A DNA stretch of 64,000 bases from Schizochytrium sp. TIO01. Taxonomy: Eukaryota > Protista > Bigyra: Labyrinthulomycetes. The DNA is taken from the NCBI GenBank assembly GCA_004764695.1, contig SMSO01000006.1, forward strand, positions 1,689,859 through 1,753,858. Reading direction: 5' to 3'. A model generated the notes under the pieces. It was not told the origin of the DNA, searched no databases, and saw only the letters and a list, made by a program, of their open reading frames with translations. A program made the translations under genes and the position numbers. This document shows, piece after piece, positions 47,801-60,392 of the stretch (positions are counted from its first letter, which is position 1; every line of letters starts with the position of its first letter).

Positions 47801-48129
47801 ACCCAACCCAGGCGTAGGAACATGATGACACCCCAAATGTTGAGAAGGCATGGGATAAAAACACCTGAGATCCAGCTGAGTTTGGCTGGGGCGCCTTTGT
47901 TGTCAGCGACACTTGAGTCGCTCAGATGTGTTTCTCCAGGTGGTGGCACGACCTTGCTCGCAGAGAGACCGTCTCCTCCATTGGCTGGTGAACTATCTAC
48001 GGCAGCAAAGTCGGTGCTTCTGTCACTTCCTCCTGAGTATGCAGCGGAATCGAGAAGCTGCATTACGGACGTGCGTGCGCCCTCCTTACGGTACACGACC
48101 GTGGAGGGCGATACTTCGACGCCAAGCAT
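44848..48129 (-). CDS. SLC12 cation-chloride cotransporter (NKCC/NCC-like), 1093 aa
   Basis: [103 protein letters not shown], and terminal [10 protein letters not shown]. Confidence 0.96.
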   Translation of the reverse strand: [1093 protein letters not shown]

Positions 48130-48821
48130 GTTGGCTTTTGGCTTGCGTGTCTCCGATGCTCACGTCTGCCGTTTGGTTCAAGATTTGCTTTGAACTCTCT
48201 TGGTCCTTAGAAAAAAGACCAGTTGTCTTTGTTACCGGATTACCGCTTGGTTCTTTTTTACTTTTAATTACTTTTCTTTTTCCCCTTCCGCAGCTCTTGC
48301 GCTGGCCAGTCACGCTGAAGTTGTGCTTTCTTCTTTTGGCACGTGCGCGCTTGGTTTATCCTGTGTTTTAGATGAAACAAACTGCTTCTTCTTTGTTAGT
48401 CACCCTGCCAGCATTGTTTAGCACCTCATGGCCTACAAATCCATCCATCCATCCGTCTGTCCATCCATCTATCCACCCACTCGCTCAATCGCTGCACGAC
48501 GGCAGAAATCGTAATGGCGTCCTCTGACAGAGCTTTGATGCACTATTTGCAAACCTCCTATGCCGCTATAGCCGATTGTTATGGCATGCGCTTTTGCTTC
48601 CATAAGTGAGCCGCCGAATTGTCTACCAAGAAAGGCAGAAAGTAGTGTTCGATTATACATCCGTAGATACATGGAAATACATTCACTCATTCAATCAAAC
48701 CTTTCTTTCCCCTTCTGCATCGAGTTGCTTCCATCGTCCCCGTCGCAGCTGCCATTGCATCAACGTCAGAGCGTCGAGCTACTCACTCGGATGCACTTAT
48801 CAATCACTCGATTCGTCAACT

Positions 48822-48880
48822 GATAGATAGATAGATAGATTGATTGATTGATTGAACTCATTCATTCATTCATTCATTCA
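48822..48880. repeat. Compound microsatellite (GATA)n(GATT)n(CATT)n
   Basis: Directly visible. Confidence 0.9.
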
Positions 48881-50458
48881 TTAGCACAAGCGTCTCTCGC
48901 CTGGAGGGACCAAGATGTTCGTTTAACGTAAGTACGCACGCGCACGAAAAGAACGAGGCCACGAGGAGATGGACTTGCTCGGTTGCTTGGCCAGCAGCAG
49001 AGCTGAGCGCCTCCACGAGATGATCGAGCGAGATGAGTGAACTGAGAAGAAGGAGTGCGGCCAATGAATGAACTAAGGGAAAGAGAGAGACACAGAGAGA
49101 GAGGATGGAATTTGAAATGGAGGGAACCGTGGAGCGATTCGGATCAAGAAACCTACCTGTAGAGAGGCCGGGCCGCACGGCGAGCGGGGAGGTCGGCTGG
49201 CTATCGAGCTGCTTGCGGTCTGCCGTTGCCAGGACGCCTCCGCCTCCTGCTCGCGCAGAGCTAGAAGGGCGAAAAGACTAGAGAAAGGCTCTAAGCAAGA
49301 ACCAACGACTCAACGAGCCTCGTAGATGAGCGAGCAGAGCAGAGCAGAACAGCAAAGCGAGTCCGGTGCAGGCGCGAGGAGAGCGGTGTTCGCGTGCCTT
49401 GCTCGCTCCAAGACGAGAGGGCGTCTGCCACCTCGAGCTAGCTAGCCAGCTCGGTCGCTTCTGTTTCTGTATTTGCTTCGGCTTCCGCAGCCGCTTTTGA
49501 ATTTAAATTCTTCTTTCTGCTTTCTGGTCTGTTTGACGTCTCTGCCAAAGAAGACTTTCTTTACATTCTTTTCAACCACCACCTTCAAGTTCTCTTACTA
49601 GCCCCCTACCTACCCTTAGCTACGCACTCACTTCCTCACTGGCGAAGTTTTCTTCTTTCCGTACTTCTCTCTCTCATTCGTTTCCTTTCTGTTCTTTCAA
49701 TTTTGAATTCCTTTTCCAAACTCTTTTTTTTCAGCCGCGATAAGTGCTAAATCAAACTTGAGTTCATCCTCACTCAGTATGCGTGAGAACTCAACTCAAC
49801 CCAACTCAACTCAACTCACGCGTCTTCTTCGAGGCAAGGTCCGTTCTGGTGCCTCCAGGTTTGCGCGAGAACGGCGGCAAGCTGGCCTCGAGTGCAGGTT
49901 AGCGGAGAGAACGAAGTGCTGCTGGCTGTGCTCTGTCGCTTTTCTGACTCTTTCGGCGCTTGGGGTGATAAAAAGAGCTGTTCGAACTTTGAACATTCGA
50001 ACTTTCGCCTCTTCTTTGTTTCTCTCCTCAATCAACACCCAAAGTAAAACAGAAACAAACGCCTTTCCCTCGAAAACGTTATCGCCTTTTATTAAAATTT
50101 AAGACAAACATTTTCTGTTTTATTTTAAAATTAAATAGACGTTTTGAAAAAGTATTTTTTTTATTTTAATTTTCCAAAAAACAAAATGAAAGAGACACAT
50201 GTTTCTTCCCATATCCTCTGTAAGTGGCGATTCCGGCGCCGCAAACTCCCTTCTAGCCGCTCGAGCGCGCCTCAAAGATACCCGCAAACCAGGCAGCCTT
50301 TCGGCCAGCCAGCCGGTACGAGCGCCCTTGTTTGTTTCCCTCTAGTTTTCCCGCATGAATATATGTTTGTTTGCCCGTCTTGACGTTTGTTTCCTCGCCG
50401 TATTTCAAGTGTTCTTTCCGTGCTTTCTGTTGTTCTCTCTCCACTATGTCTTAGGGAC

Positions 50459-50487
50459 TTACTTGCTTACTTACCTACTTACTTACC

Positions 50488-50571
<84 letters not shown>
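50459..50571. repeat. (TTAC)n microsatellite
   Basis: About 28 copies with a few CTAC variants. Confidence 0.95.
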
Positions 50572-50572
<1 letters not shown>

Positions 50573-53426
50573 TTCCAAGAGGGTCATAGCATTCGTAGTG
50601 AGATCCAGTATCTCCTTCGTGTTTCTTCCTGTGGCCATGCACTTGGAAGCGTCTTTCTCTGTCAGTAGGACTCGCTAGGCGGGGGATAGGCGTCGGCGTA
50701 CTTCTTTTGTTCTTTTGTTCTTTTGAGGCAACCACGTGTAATCCGAAATCGCCCTCAGGTTCGAGGTCCATCATAAACTCTTTCGAATGGCCATCGATCT
50801 TCATCCGTTGTCCCATTGGAGATTGAGGCGAGAGCCAAGGAAAGTCAGATCCGCGCTTCTCGGTACAGCCTTTGGGTTCTTCGGCATTGGGTTTCCAAGA
50901 TGAGTACTGCACATTTTGATTTGACCTTGATGCTGGCAAAGTGGATATCTAAATCTAGCCAACAAACTAGACTAGTTCATAGACAGCTTCACCCACCTTT
51001 GGCGATGACTGCTCCGTTACTTGTATCCCAGAAATGACAAGCAGCAGCGACATAATAGTTGAAGTTGCAGAATTGCGAAGTCCCGTGCAACCTGAACGGA
51101 ATCCTACGAAATCCCTCATTCTTCTGCTCGTTACCATGAATTGAAGCTCTCGAATCGTGCTCGCCGAGGTCGAATGGAGCCTCGTGAAGGCCTGAGCTTT
51201 TAGAAGGGCTTTTCGCGCGTGCACTTTGGTATCTTCAGATGGATACATTCGCGGTCCGTGTTCATAAACCTCTTCATGAGCAGCTACGTCGCCTTCTAGG
51301 CCCTTCTACCCATCTCTCTAGCGCTCCCCTTATCCCCGGATTTGGGTTGCTGTCAGATCCCGTTCTCGCCGCCTAAGCACACAAATAATTTAAACCATAG
51401 CACTACCTTCTTGCCCAGGTCACTTTTGTCGCTTTGGCCAAAACTCGGCAAAGCGCTGATTTCGTTTCATTTCACTCCATTTCACTTTCGACGCAGAGGA
51501 TATTTCTGTCGCAGTGCTTGGATTTTGGAGGACCTCGCCGCTTTTGTCCACATTCACAGCATTTTTTTAAGATTGTGCACGAGCTGGTGTGGCATTCGAG
51601 CTGCCTCGAGGCTGGTGTCCAAGGATTTTGTTGGCCTTGAACCTATGGTGCGTGCCCTACCTGTTTTATTATGTATGCCCTACTAAGGTTTCTAGCTGCC
51701 AACAAGCCGTTCTTTTGTTCTTTCTATTTCTATTTCTATTTATGTTTTAAATTAAAATTTTATGTTTTGAAGATGACAATTTTTATTTTAAAAAATACGT
51801 TTACATTTATAAGTAAGTATGGTATAGAGGCATAGGTATCCACCAATGAAAAGGAAAAGGGAATAAAGAGAGTTTCGTGATCCAACTGACTGTTCTTATT
51901 CCTACATCTTGGAACACTGGTTTGCTCGGAACTTGTTGAAAAGCGCTTCAAATTCCTTCGCGGTCAGGTATAAAAAAATTCAACTAAAAGTCCAAGAATA
52001 CCCCGTCTCGCGCTTTTCCGCGTCTGCCAAATCCCAGGGCTCTTCGCGCCGACAGGGGGCATTCCGTACTAGTTCAATACCTTCGCGCTCGCAATGCTGC
52101 ACCGTCTTTCTTGGCTTATTGTTCTTGTCTACGATGTAATTTATAAAACCAAACTAAGGATGCTCTAAACTTGGTTTTCAATCCCAGGCCTCGCACGTTA
52201 TTATTTGGCCTCGACCTTTGTCTCTTGGACCACCGTGTTTGGTTGATTGGAGGTCTGATACGCCGCGCTTCTTCGCCACAGCCACGGGACATGAGGCGTC
52301 TCAATGATCTCTGCCTTCGCGCTTTTTCAATCAATTCGTTTCAACTATAATTTAAAAAAAACACTCAAAACAAGACAGACCAAAGCCAAAACTCGAGCAT
52401 CTTAAAACCAAAGATCGTAGCCGCTTTCGCCGGAGCTGTCTCCATGCAGGGCGCCACCATACAGGGCGCCCAGACATCCGGTGTGTGTATGTGCTGCGTT
52501 GTAGTCATACTTGCCATCATATTACAGCTCGTCGTGTGGAACATATCATCTTTCGATTGCGCGGCGCTTTCTGCAATAACAAACGCCATACAATTTCTGG
52601 TACCGCCATTTCCAACCCATCCAAGCAAAAGGAGGGAGAAAGAATTAGAAACTGTTTCTTTCTTCCTCTCCGCTGGCCGTCGGAAAGAGCTTTCGATGAG
52701 GATATACGTATATACAGACATACATAGACATCTACTGTAAAAAATGAATTAAAGTTAATAAATGATACTCATGATGATAGTAGCAATAAGCTAAGAAGCA
52801 GGGCCTATGTCTTTTCTAGGCATTAGCATGGATGGACTCAGCTGATACTGCGAATACCAAAGTACTACGTACGAAGCGATCGCCGGGGTGTCTCTCGCGA
52901 GCTGGGCTGTCGTTTGGTGTCGTTTCCGACGTGCCATTGGCCACGATGAGCAGCGATCAAAACTCGGTCAGCACAGCCTGAAGACCATTCGAGCGAGCGA
53001 GCGACGTCCCGACAGCGGCAGCGGCTGACTTTGAGGGAGAGATCTTTTCGAAGAAGGACCTTCGGTTTCCGACTTCGCTCATTTTCTGCTCTGCTCTGCT
53101 TTTGATGATCATCTTTAGTCGAAACTCGAAGAAATCAATCTTTGCAAGATCAAGTTAGTTGCTTTACTTTTAAAAGATTCTTATCTTTGCATAGAAATAT
53201 TATTATTCATGGAATATTACATATATAGTTAAATTAATTAGTTTAAATTAAAATTTAATTATTGAAAAAAAAAAAAAAAAAAACACGTTTGAAAATCAAT
53301 TAAAATGTTAATAAAAGGAACCTCCGTTTGTATTTATTTGTTCAGAAAAGGCACGGAAGCGAAGGAGAGGGCCAATCGACTTTGCGCCACCCTTAGTTCA
53401 ACTAGGTATTAGTAGGCGGCACGCAT

Positions 53427-53506
53427 GTTTGTTTGTTTGTTTGTTTGTTTGTTTGTTTGTTTGTTTGTTTGTTTGTTTGTTTGTTTGTTTGTTTGTTTGT
53501 TTGTTT
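53427..53506. repeat. (GTTT)n microsatellite
   Basis: About 20 copies. Confidence 0.95.
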
Positions 53507-56359
53507 GCTCGACTTGGAGTGTCGCTCAACCTGCTCGAAGCCGAGTCGAGATGTCCAGCGACCTACTATATCAGCTCAAGAAAACAACTTGAATGCCACA
53601 TTTCAAGGTTTTCCAAATCCAAATCTAAGGTTGGTAAACATCCCCCCATGTTCTTTCTTGAATGAAGTGGGTACCTGCTTAGTAGTGGGAACGAGCAATG
53701 AAAGAAAACTTGGCCTCCTACCCAATACTACAGAGCGAATATGCGTCTCCGATTCCATGGCCACTGCTGATTTCCCTTTGGGGGAGAGGTATTGATAGGC
53801 ACCCAGAAAGGAGGTGGTTGAAGGTATTCATAACCCCGTGCCATTTGATTTCGTTTGCTCTTTATGAGCACCTATGATGATCTCATTAGTATTTTTTTAT
53901 TTTTTAATGTTGTTTTGTTTCTATAAGTTATTTTTGTCATTATTTTTCTATCAAAATATAAATTAAACTTCAAAAGTGTATGTTTAACAATGCTTTTTTT
54001 TTTCTTTTTTTCTTTTTAGATGTGCTTTTTGCTCTCAGTATTTGGAAGAAGGTGCATTTGGGACAGAGCCGAATAAAGTACAAGAAAAGAAAGACGCAAG
54101 TTCAATAATAGGTAAGAGTGCGGATGAAACAGGAGTCTCAGGTATCAACGAACGAACGAACGAACGAACGAGCGAACATCAGGACTTGGAGAGGCGGTAA
54201 AGATGAGCAATTTCCTCTTTTGAGCCGTAGTTAAGTCAAGAATCTCCAACAGAAGCACGAGAAGGGGATCCATGGCTTCCAGACGCGGCAGTCGCGAAGC
54301 CGGTTCAACGCTGTTGCCTAAGTTTCTTTCTTTCTTTCTCTAACCTTGTTTTCTTTTCTTTTCTTTTTTCTTTTTTCCTACTACAAGTTAAACTTCGAAA
54401 AAAAGAAAACTTGCGAATAAAAGGGAAATCTGGTTTGGCAAGAAGCAGGCCTTGGATAGAGCTCCAGCACAGACATCATTGAAACGACGCCTCCGCCCAC
54501 CAATGAGCCTCGCTCAGCTTGGCAAACGTTTGCCACGGCGCGAATTTATAGAGCGTGTTGACCTTGACGGATCGGGGAGTTTTTCTGTTGTTGTCTTCTT
54601 CTTTTCGGAATTATAATCATGGCTGCTCGCCTAGAGCAGAATTGTCACCCCGCTGTGTCTTGCTCACGCCGGGTTTGCGATTTCCATCTCTTGTGCCGTG
54701 ATTTGCAAGGCATTAGAAAGAAACCAGCAGATGGGCCTTCAAGGCATTGGCGTTGAGACGCAGCATACGCCGCAGCTCGGCTGCACAGGAGCTCGGCCGT
54801 GGATGTGTTAGCTAGTCCTCAGACTTCTGGGCTGTAGCTGCGTGACCCAAGTTTGCCCTGGGAAGTAACGAAGGAGACTTTGGATACGTAAGAAGTCAGA
54901 GGACCGTTGAAAAGGCAACGGACCCCTCGAACGGGCTCTCGTAGCTTCCGTTTGAAGGAAGACCAAGCAAATGACCTTGGAACAGTCACTCTAATTTCCT
55001 GAACGCCACGCTGCGCCACGCCCTGCCACGGGAAATAACCAGAGAGACGAAGGCTGTACATCCATTCATTTGAACCTTTTTGGCTATCAACTCAGCGATC
55101 ATTTAGGCGTTCACGTTGATGATGAACAGTCTACGGGAATGTCGATGGACAGTCTCAAAGTTGCACTGCGCGCTCAGGAAGAACAATGGAAATTGAGCCG
55201 CGTCTGGGCGAAGATGGCAAGTGAGTAAATCTTGCCTTTTTGACTCCAAGAGGAGAGAAAGGAGCTGGATGGAGCAGCCAGTGTCAACAACAGGAGAAAA
55301 GCAAGAAATATCACTCCTTGCAAGTTGTCAACAGCTCAGGCTTTCATTGTGCAAGCCATTACGGCTTGCTTGCCTACCACAACGTGGTACTACCTAGAGA
55401 CAGAGAGCCAGACGGGAGTGCTTCGCGAGCTCAGATTTTAGTTTAATTTCTTGGGCTATTCAATTAGAATGTCCCGGCAAGAGTTTTGTCGCACTAAAAA
55501 TATAGAAGAAATAGGAAATGTCCGTTGTGGGTTGGAAATTCGGGACACTCCGACTGTGTGCGCATTATGTTCCAAACCTTGACAGCAAATTAATTGAAGT
55601 CCTTCAAGAATCTGTGAGCAAACTTGGTATTTGCACACCGGGGAAGAAGCCCTGGAGGCATGACGCATTTAGCTTTGTTCACCTTCAGCAAGAATCAAAA
55701 TATAACATATCTCCCTCACGAAACGGTAAAGGTGCACTAAGTTTGACTGTCATCGCAGGTGGTGGAAGGAAAAGCTAACAAAACAACAAAGACTAAAATA
55801 AAACTAAAAGCAAGTTAGCATGTCTTTTCGCTTGTGGGAAAATGCTGATCATACTCTTTTTAAACACATGTCTGCAGGCTTGTGCTTTTTGTTAGATGCT
55901 CTCTTTTCTTCTTCTTTTCTCTTCTCCAAGGTCATTCATTAAATGATATGCTTTATAGCTTTATAGCTGCTCTTCATTTTGGCTATAACCATACCAGTAT
56001 GTTGCACTTTCCCCCTTCCATCGTACGTGACACGGTTGTATAACTAGCTGGTAAACAATGTTTTCATTTTTTTTTTAATTAAATTAAAATGTAATATTGA
56101 AATATGATATGTATGATTCATCTTTAATAATTTATAATGAAATTAATTCGAAAAGAATCTATGTATACATACCAATGCTATGTCAATTGATTTTTGTTCA
56201 TAATATTGTTATATTTCTACTCGATCTTATTTTTAATTTAAAAAATGAAAAAAAGGGGCGAGTGAAAAAGTATAAGCACTGGGGTCATAAATCTACTGTT
56301 TCTCAATGTGCTTTACTCTCATGTAAATTGAACCATGTGCGACATCGGCATAATTATTT

Positions 56360-58629
56360 TCAAGGTTCTCTATCTCGACGGCGGTCATAATGCTCTGATT
56401 TTTTTTCCAGTGACTTTCGCCACAGCGGATTAGGGGAAGACCGATGTTGTTGTTGATCCGGTGCTGCCGTTTCTTCTGCATCAGCATCCGCTGTTGCTGC
56501 TTCTTGCGCTGCAGTTGTTATAGATATAGTCATTGTAGAAAGCGACAAGCCGGATGACCACGATGACCAGCTCGATGTACTACTGCGTCGTGAATTCTTT
56601 GCTGGTTTATCAAGGTCAGAAAACCCACTCTCAGTATCCGAGTTCCAACGACCGCCACCTGATCGGTGTTTGTGATAAACACAGGTTAAAGAAGAAAAAA
56701 CTCCAACGCATATGACCACCCCAACAATTCCCCCCACAATGGATCTTGTAGGAAATTGGTCTTGACCGAGGCCTCGGCTTTTTTCTTCCGAGAGAAAACC
56801 ATTCTTGATGGTGCCTCGGTCGGGAGTATTGTAAGTAGTAGACGTCGCTCAGGTGTTAATGATTCTTTTTTTCGAAATTGAGTTGCTAAGAAAGAAGAAA
56901 TTAATCGAGAGATGGTGGTTTTCGCATCAGAGATATTGCCTCGTTTGGAAACCTCGCACTTTTCTAATGCTGAAGAGCGAAGAAAATGTGTATGTTCTCG
57001 TTGATATTTCTGTACCTTGCCCTCGATCGAAAAAACGATCAGCTGTGTCATTGCGGCGTCATCTATTTCCAAATCATCAATGTTAGAGCGAAATCCAACC
57101 GCAAGTGTCGTCATGTCTGGACTTGAGATTACGTAGGATACATGATGGGTCTTAGACATCTCCAAGAAAATCCTCTCTTTTAATACCCAGTTGGCTTCAC
57201 TGGTCAGACTGTTGCGTTCTAATAACACTGTCCTCCCAGGCTTAGCAAAGGTAATGATGCCACGGTTGTCGCCTTCATTGGTTGCAACTTGAACGCCCAA
57301 AACGGCCCGCTCACATTTTTGTAACATAATGACCTCAAGGTCTTTGACGCCGATCAAAGAGCCAATGCCACCTTGTCGTAAATTACCTACGTCGGTTATC
57401 TTTTCCAGAAAGTGAGATAAAAGCATTGTGTGTGGATTGGTGCCACTTGCTTGTCCTTTGTAATTTTCCACGTTCAGCGTGGTCATGAATTGACTGTTCG
57501 TAACTAAATTATGTTCAACCGATGCGAAGTCATGGACAACATGAACAGCTTCGCTCATTTTCGTGCGGCGCGAAAGTCCCTCCAAGTCTATAATCGATTC
57601 TGCGCAAGAAGATTCACCCTGAAGTGACCACGTTCCGCATGACTTCTTATAACGAACAGTGAGGCAAGAAGAAACCTTACGAGTTGGCTGATGTCCAACA
57701 ATCAGCCAGCCCTGGTGGGCCACTAAATAACAACCGAACTCTGACTTTCCGCTAAAATCATCGGATACAAGGTAATCTCGTAACCAAAGACTCGCGCCGG
57801 TAAATTCGTAAACGTAAACTTTTGACTCCTCTGGTGCCCCAATAAATATCCACTGACGTCCATCGTCAGTCTGAGACTGAGCCAACGACTTACCAAATGA
57901 GCGACTCGATTGTATCTTCGGTCCACCCTCGCGTTCGCTTTCAAGCCTTCCTCCAAGTATGAAAGAATCCTTGTTTTCTAGACATGCAGATTGTTTCGCT
58001 ACTTCCCAATTGGCATGGCACGATATGTATAAGTAAACTACCCCAATATGGCTTTTTGTTTTTTGTTTGTCAGAACCAGCTCGTCTCATGACGAGCTCCT
58101 CACCAGAGACCAGCACTGCGTCTTCACCTTCAAGACAAAGAATTTGGGATCCAAATCGAACTACTAGACGATCCACTAGTTCTGATGGCGCTCTAATAAA
58201 CTCAGTAGATATGTCATAGTTGCTACTCCTCTCAAATATATGAATGCCGCCTTCCTGGGATGCATTGCCAGGCCCTAAACTACCAACAAATAATTTGTCT
58301 CTACAAAACTGAGCGTCACCATCAAAGCGCAGCAACGTTGGATCACCTAGAATTTTTGTCACAATAACTTTGTCGTTTGTTGCACCCACCTCGTTTCGCA
58401 TGCTGTTATTATTCTCTTTCTGCCTTGCGAAACAAACGACTTGTCCTACTACTACTAAAACAATCAAAACAAAGCCCAGGTAGGAGGCCGTACGGTACAT
58501 GCTTCTCCTATAAACCCCTTTGTGTCCCTGAGCTACCTCAGATTGCTCTGCTTCTCCACTTAAGACAGAGTCCTTGTGGGCAGCATCCCTTCCTGTGAAG
58601 TTGACCTCGAGCTCTGAGTTCATGGCCAT
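56360..58629 (-). CDS. Membrane protein with FG-GAP/beta-propeller-like ectodomain; C-terminal TM and tail lie in the -1 frame (shift near 56770-56810)
   Basis: N-terminal hydrophobic helix (YLGFVLIVLVVVGQVVCFA). FG-GAP-like RFGSQILCL..VLVSG and SFGKSLA...IFIGAPEESKVYVY. RRLL..PTEAPS stalk, then an overlapping ORF giving SIVGGIVGVVICVGVFSSLTCVY plus a Ser-rich tail. Confidence 0.65.
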
Positions 58630-59587
58630 CCCGTGCCTAACCAGGATCTCCAAGGCAACACCTTTCTACGTGTCCAGGCGAGCCGGGAAAAGTCGGAGGG
58701 CCATACCCTGCACAGCGGCGGCAATCCTTTGGCTATGCTCGCCTTCGGATGTAGTGCAGTAGCAAATCAATTTAAGTTGCTATTGATACAAACGGGGACT
58801 GCTGGAGGAGTGTTGCAAACGACGTGCGCCAGAGACTTTTAGTATTATTCTGATGCTATTTCTTTGCCGCTCACCACTAGCTAGATCCCCAGTAAGAACA
58901 CTAAGTGCACTGCGGCCCTCACGCTGGCTCAAGGCAAAGCAAGTGGGCGAGCAAAGTTGATGGCTGAAGTTCTTGGGTATCGACCATAAAGGATTGATTG
59001 TGGGTGTGCACCTTGGGTCACGGCAGTGAGTAACTAAAGCCATGGTTCTGGACGTTTCGATGGATCGGCGACTGTGCTTTCCTTCAGACGCTTTATTTCA
59101 TTGCAAGCACAATTGGCTTATTTGAATTCCAGTCTTGAATTTGAGCACCTACGCCCATCCCTCGCTGAGCCGTGCAATTACAGAATTTAGTAGCATTGAA
59201 GAGTCAGAATGTCAAAGGGAAACAATCTCCTAGTGGTACTCTAGAGTAGTATTACTAACTTTGACAAATGGAAGCTATCGGCGAGGGATTGACCATAGAT
59301 GCAAAGACTCTAAAAGTGCTCAGGGCCGCAACAAGGCACAGGTCTCAAAGATGAAGCATGACGACTGTGAGACTGCCGATGGAGAAATATCGCAAGAGCT
59401 GGGACATTGATCGGAGACTACCTTGATAATAAAGCAAAAGGAAATATCGAGCGGAAGCTTGTGGTTTCTGTCGTGCCATCTGCACCTTGCTCTAGCTAGA
59501 GAACATTTGCGACCGAAAAGAGTAGAATTCACAGTTAGAAGATGGGATCCTCACTATTAAAACGAGCCTGATTTTGTTTACATCCGC

Positions 59588-59968
59588 TTAGCGTTCAGTA
59601 TCATTTCTAGAATGAGCAGCAAGATAACTTCGATGCAGGTCCCGCTTGCGCGACCGGAGTGTGGCTTCTGCCTCGTAGAGGTCTGCCTGAACTCTTAATT
59701 TCTCTCGACGTAAAGCATCTAAGCGCTGTCTGGTCGATGATTGTGAAGAAGACATGAAATTCATTTCATTCAATTCAGTCTCCTTCCACACCGGTTTGCA
59801 AAGCGTGCTTCGAGACCACAAAATCTCCGCTGGCTGTGCTGCTTTACAGTCTACCTCTATACTGCGCACGATCTTTTCAAAGTTTTCACGAACCTCTGCA
59901 ACAAGGCTTCTTCGCGTTTTATGGCCCCTCCAAGATGCCTGGATGCGAGACGCTGCGTTGTTCTCCAT
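59588..59968 (-). CDS. IQ-motif (calmodulin-binding) small protein, IQCC-like
   Basis: AASRIQASWRGHKTRR IQ motif, followed by FEKIVRSIE...W.....KP and a C-terminal coiled coil. Confidence 0.75.
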   Translation of the reverse strand: MENNAASRIQASWRGHKTRRSLVAEVRENFEKIVRSIEVDCKAAQPAEILWSRSTLCKPVWKETELNEMNFMSSSQSSTRQRLDALRREKLRVQADLYEAEATLRSRKRDLHRSYLAAHSRNDTER

Positions 59969-60392
59969 ACTCCTCAGCCCTACAAAAGAGCTAGCAAGCT
60001 GACAACCTACAGACAAGCCCGCGCCCTGAGTGTCTATTTACAAGCCCTGTACACGTATACCCCGGTCTATGTCCGGCTGCTCTCAAGCGCACAAGTTGAG
60101 TTCGCGATTTGATTTTATAAAACTCGCCTGTCTGTTCATTTTCCTTTTCTTGCTCAGTTTTTTTCATGTCTCTGGTTCCGGTACTATTTCCTTTATATAT
60201 TGATTAGCTATTTCTGTTTACAGAAACAGTTTAGCCTTGATACTAGAAAAAGTAGCCACACGGTTGAGAACGTCTCAAGGAGTCAGCAAGGCAGAAAACA
60301 AACTCGGATTCTCTTCATTGCCCAGTTCAAAGTCGTCTGAGGAGGGGGGCGTTTGCTTTGCCGCTACTGTAGGGCAGGTCGGAGACAACAAG

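Noticed and set aside
45199-48371. Numerous + strand ORFs opposite SLC12 (and similar ones opposite CPI1, AP2 and the GHMP fusion)
   Set aside because: Antisense shadows caused by the codon bias of the real genes.
50650-51300. SSR-free, coding-like patch in the second desert
   Set aside because: All frames have frequent stops and no recognisable family.
52365-52740. Overlapping opposite-strand ORFs of 98-118 aa, one with a hydrophobic stretch
   Set aside because: No motif, and no way to choose a strand; insufficient support.
50355-53795. ORFs with LLTY, FVCL and similar periodic peptides (also ELEL, QCNAM and poly-A/L ORFs at 13-20 kb)
   Set aside because: These are translations of microsatellites.
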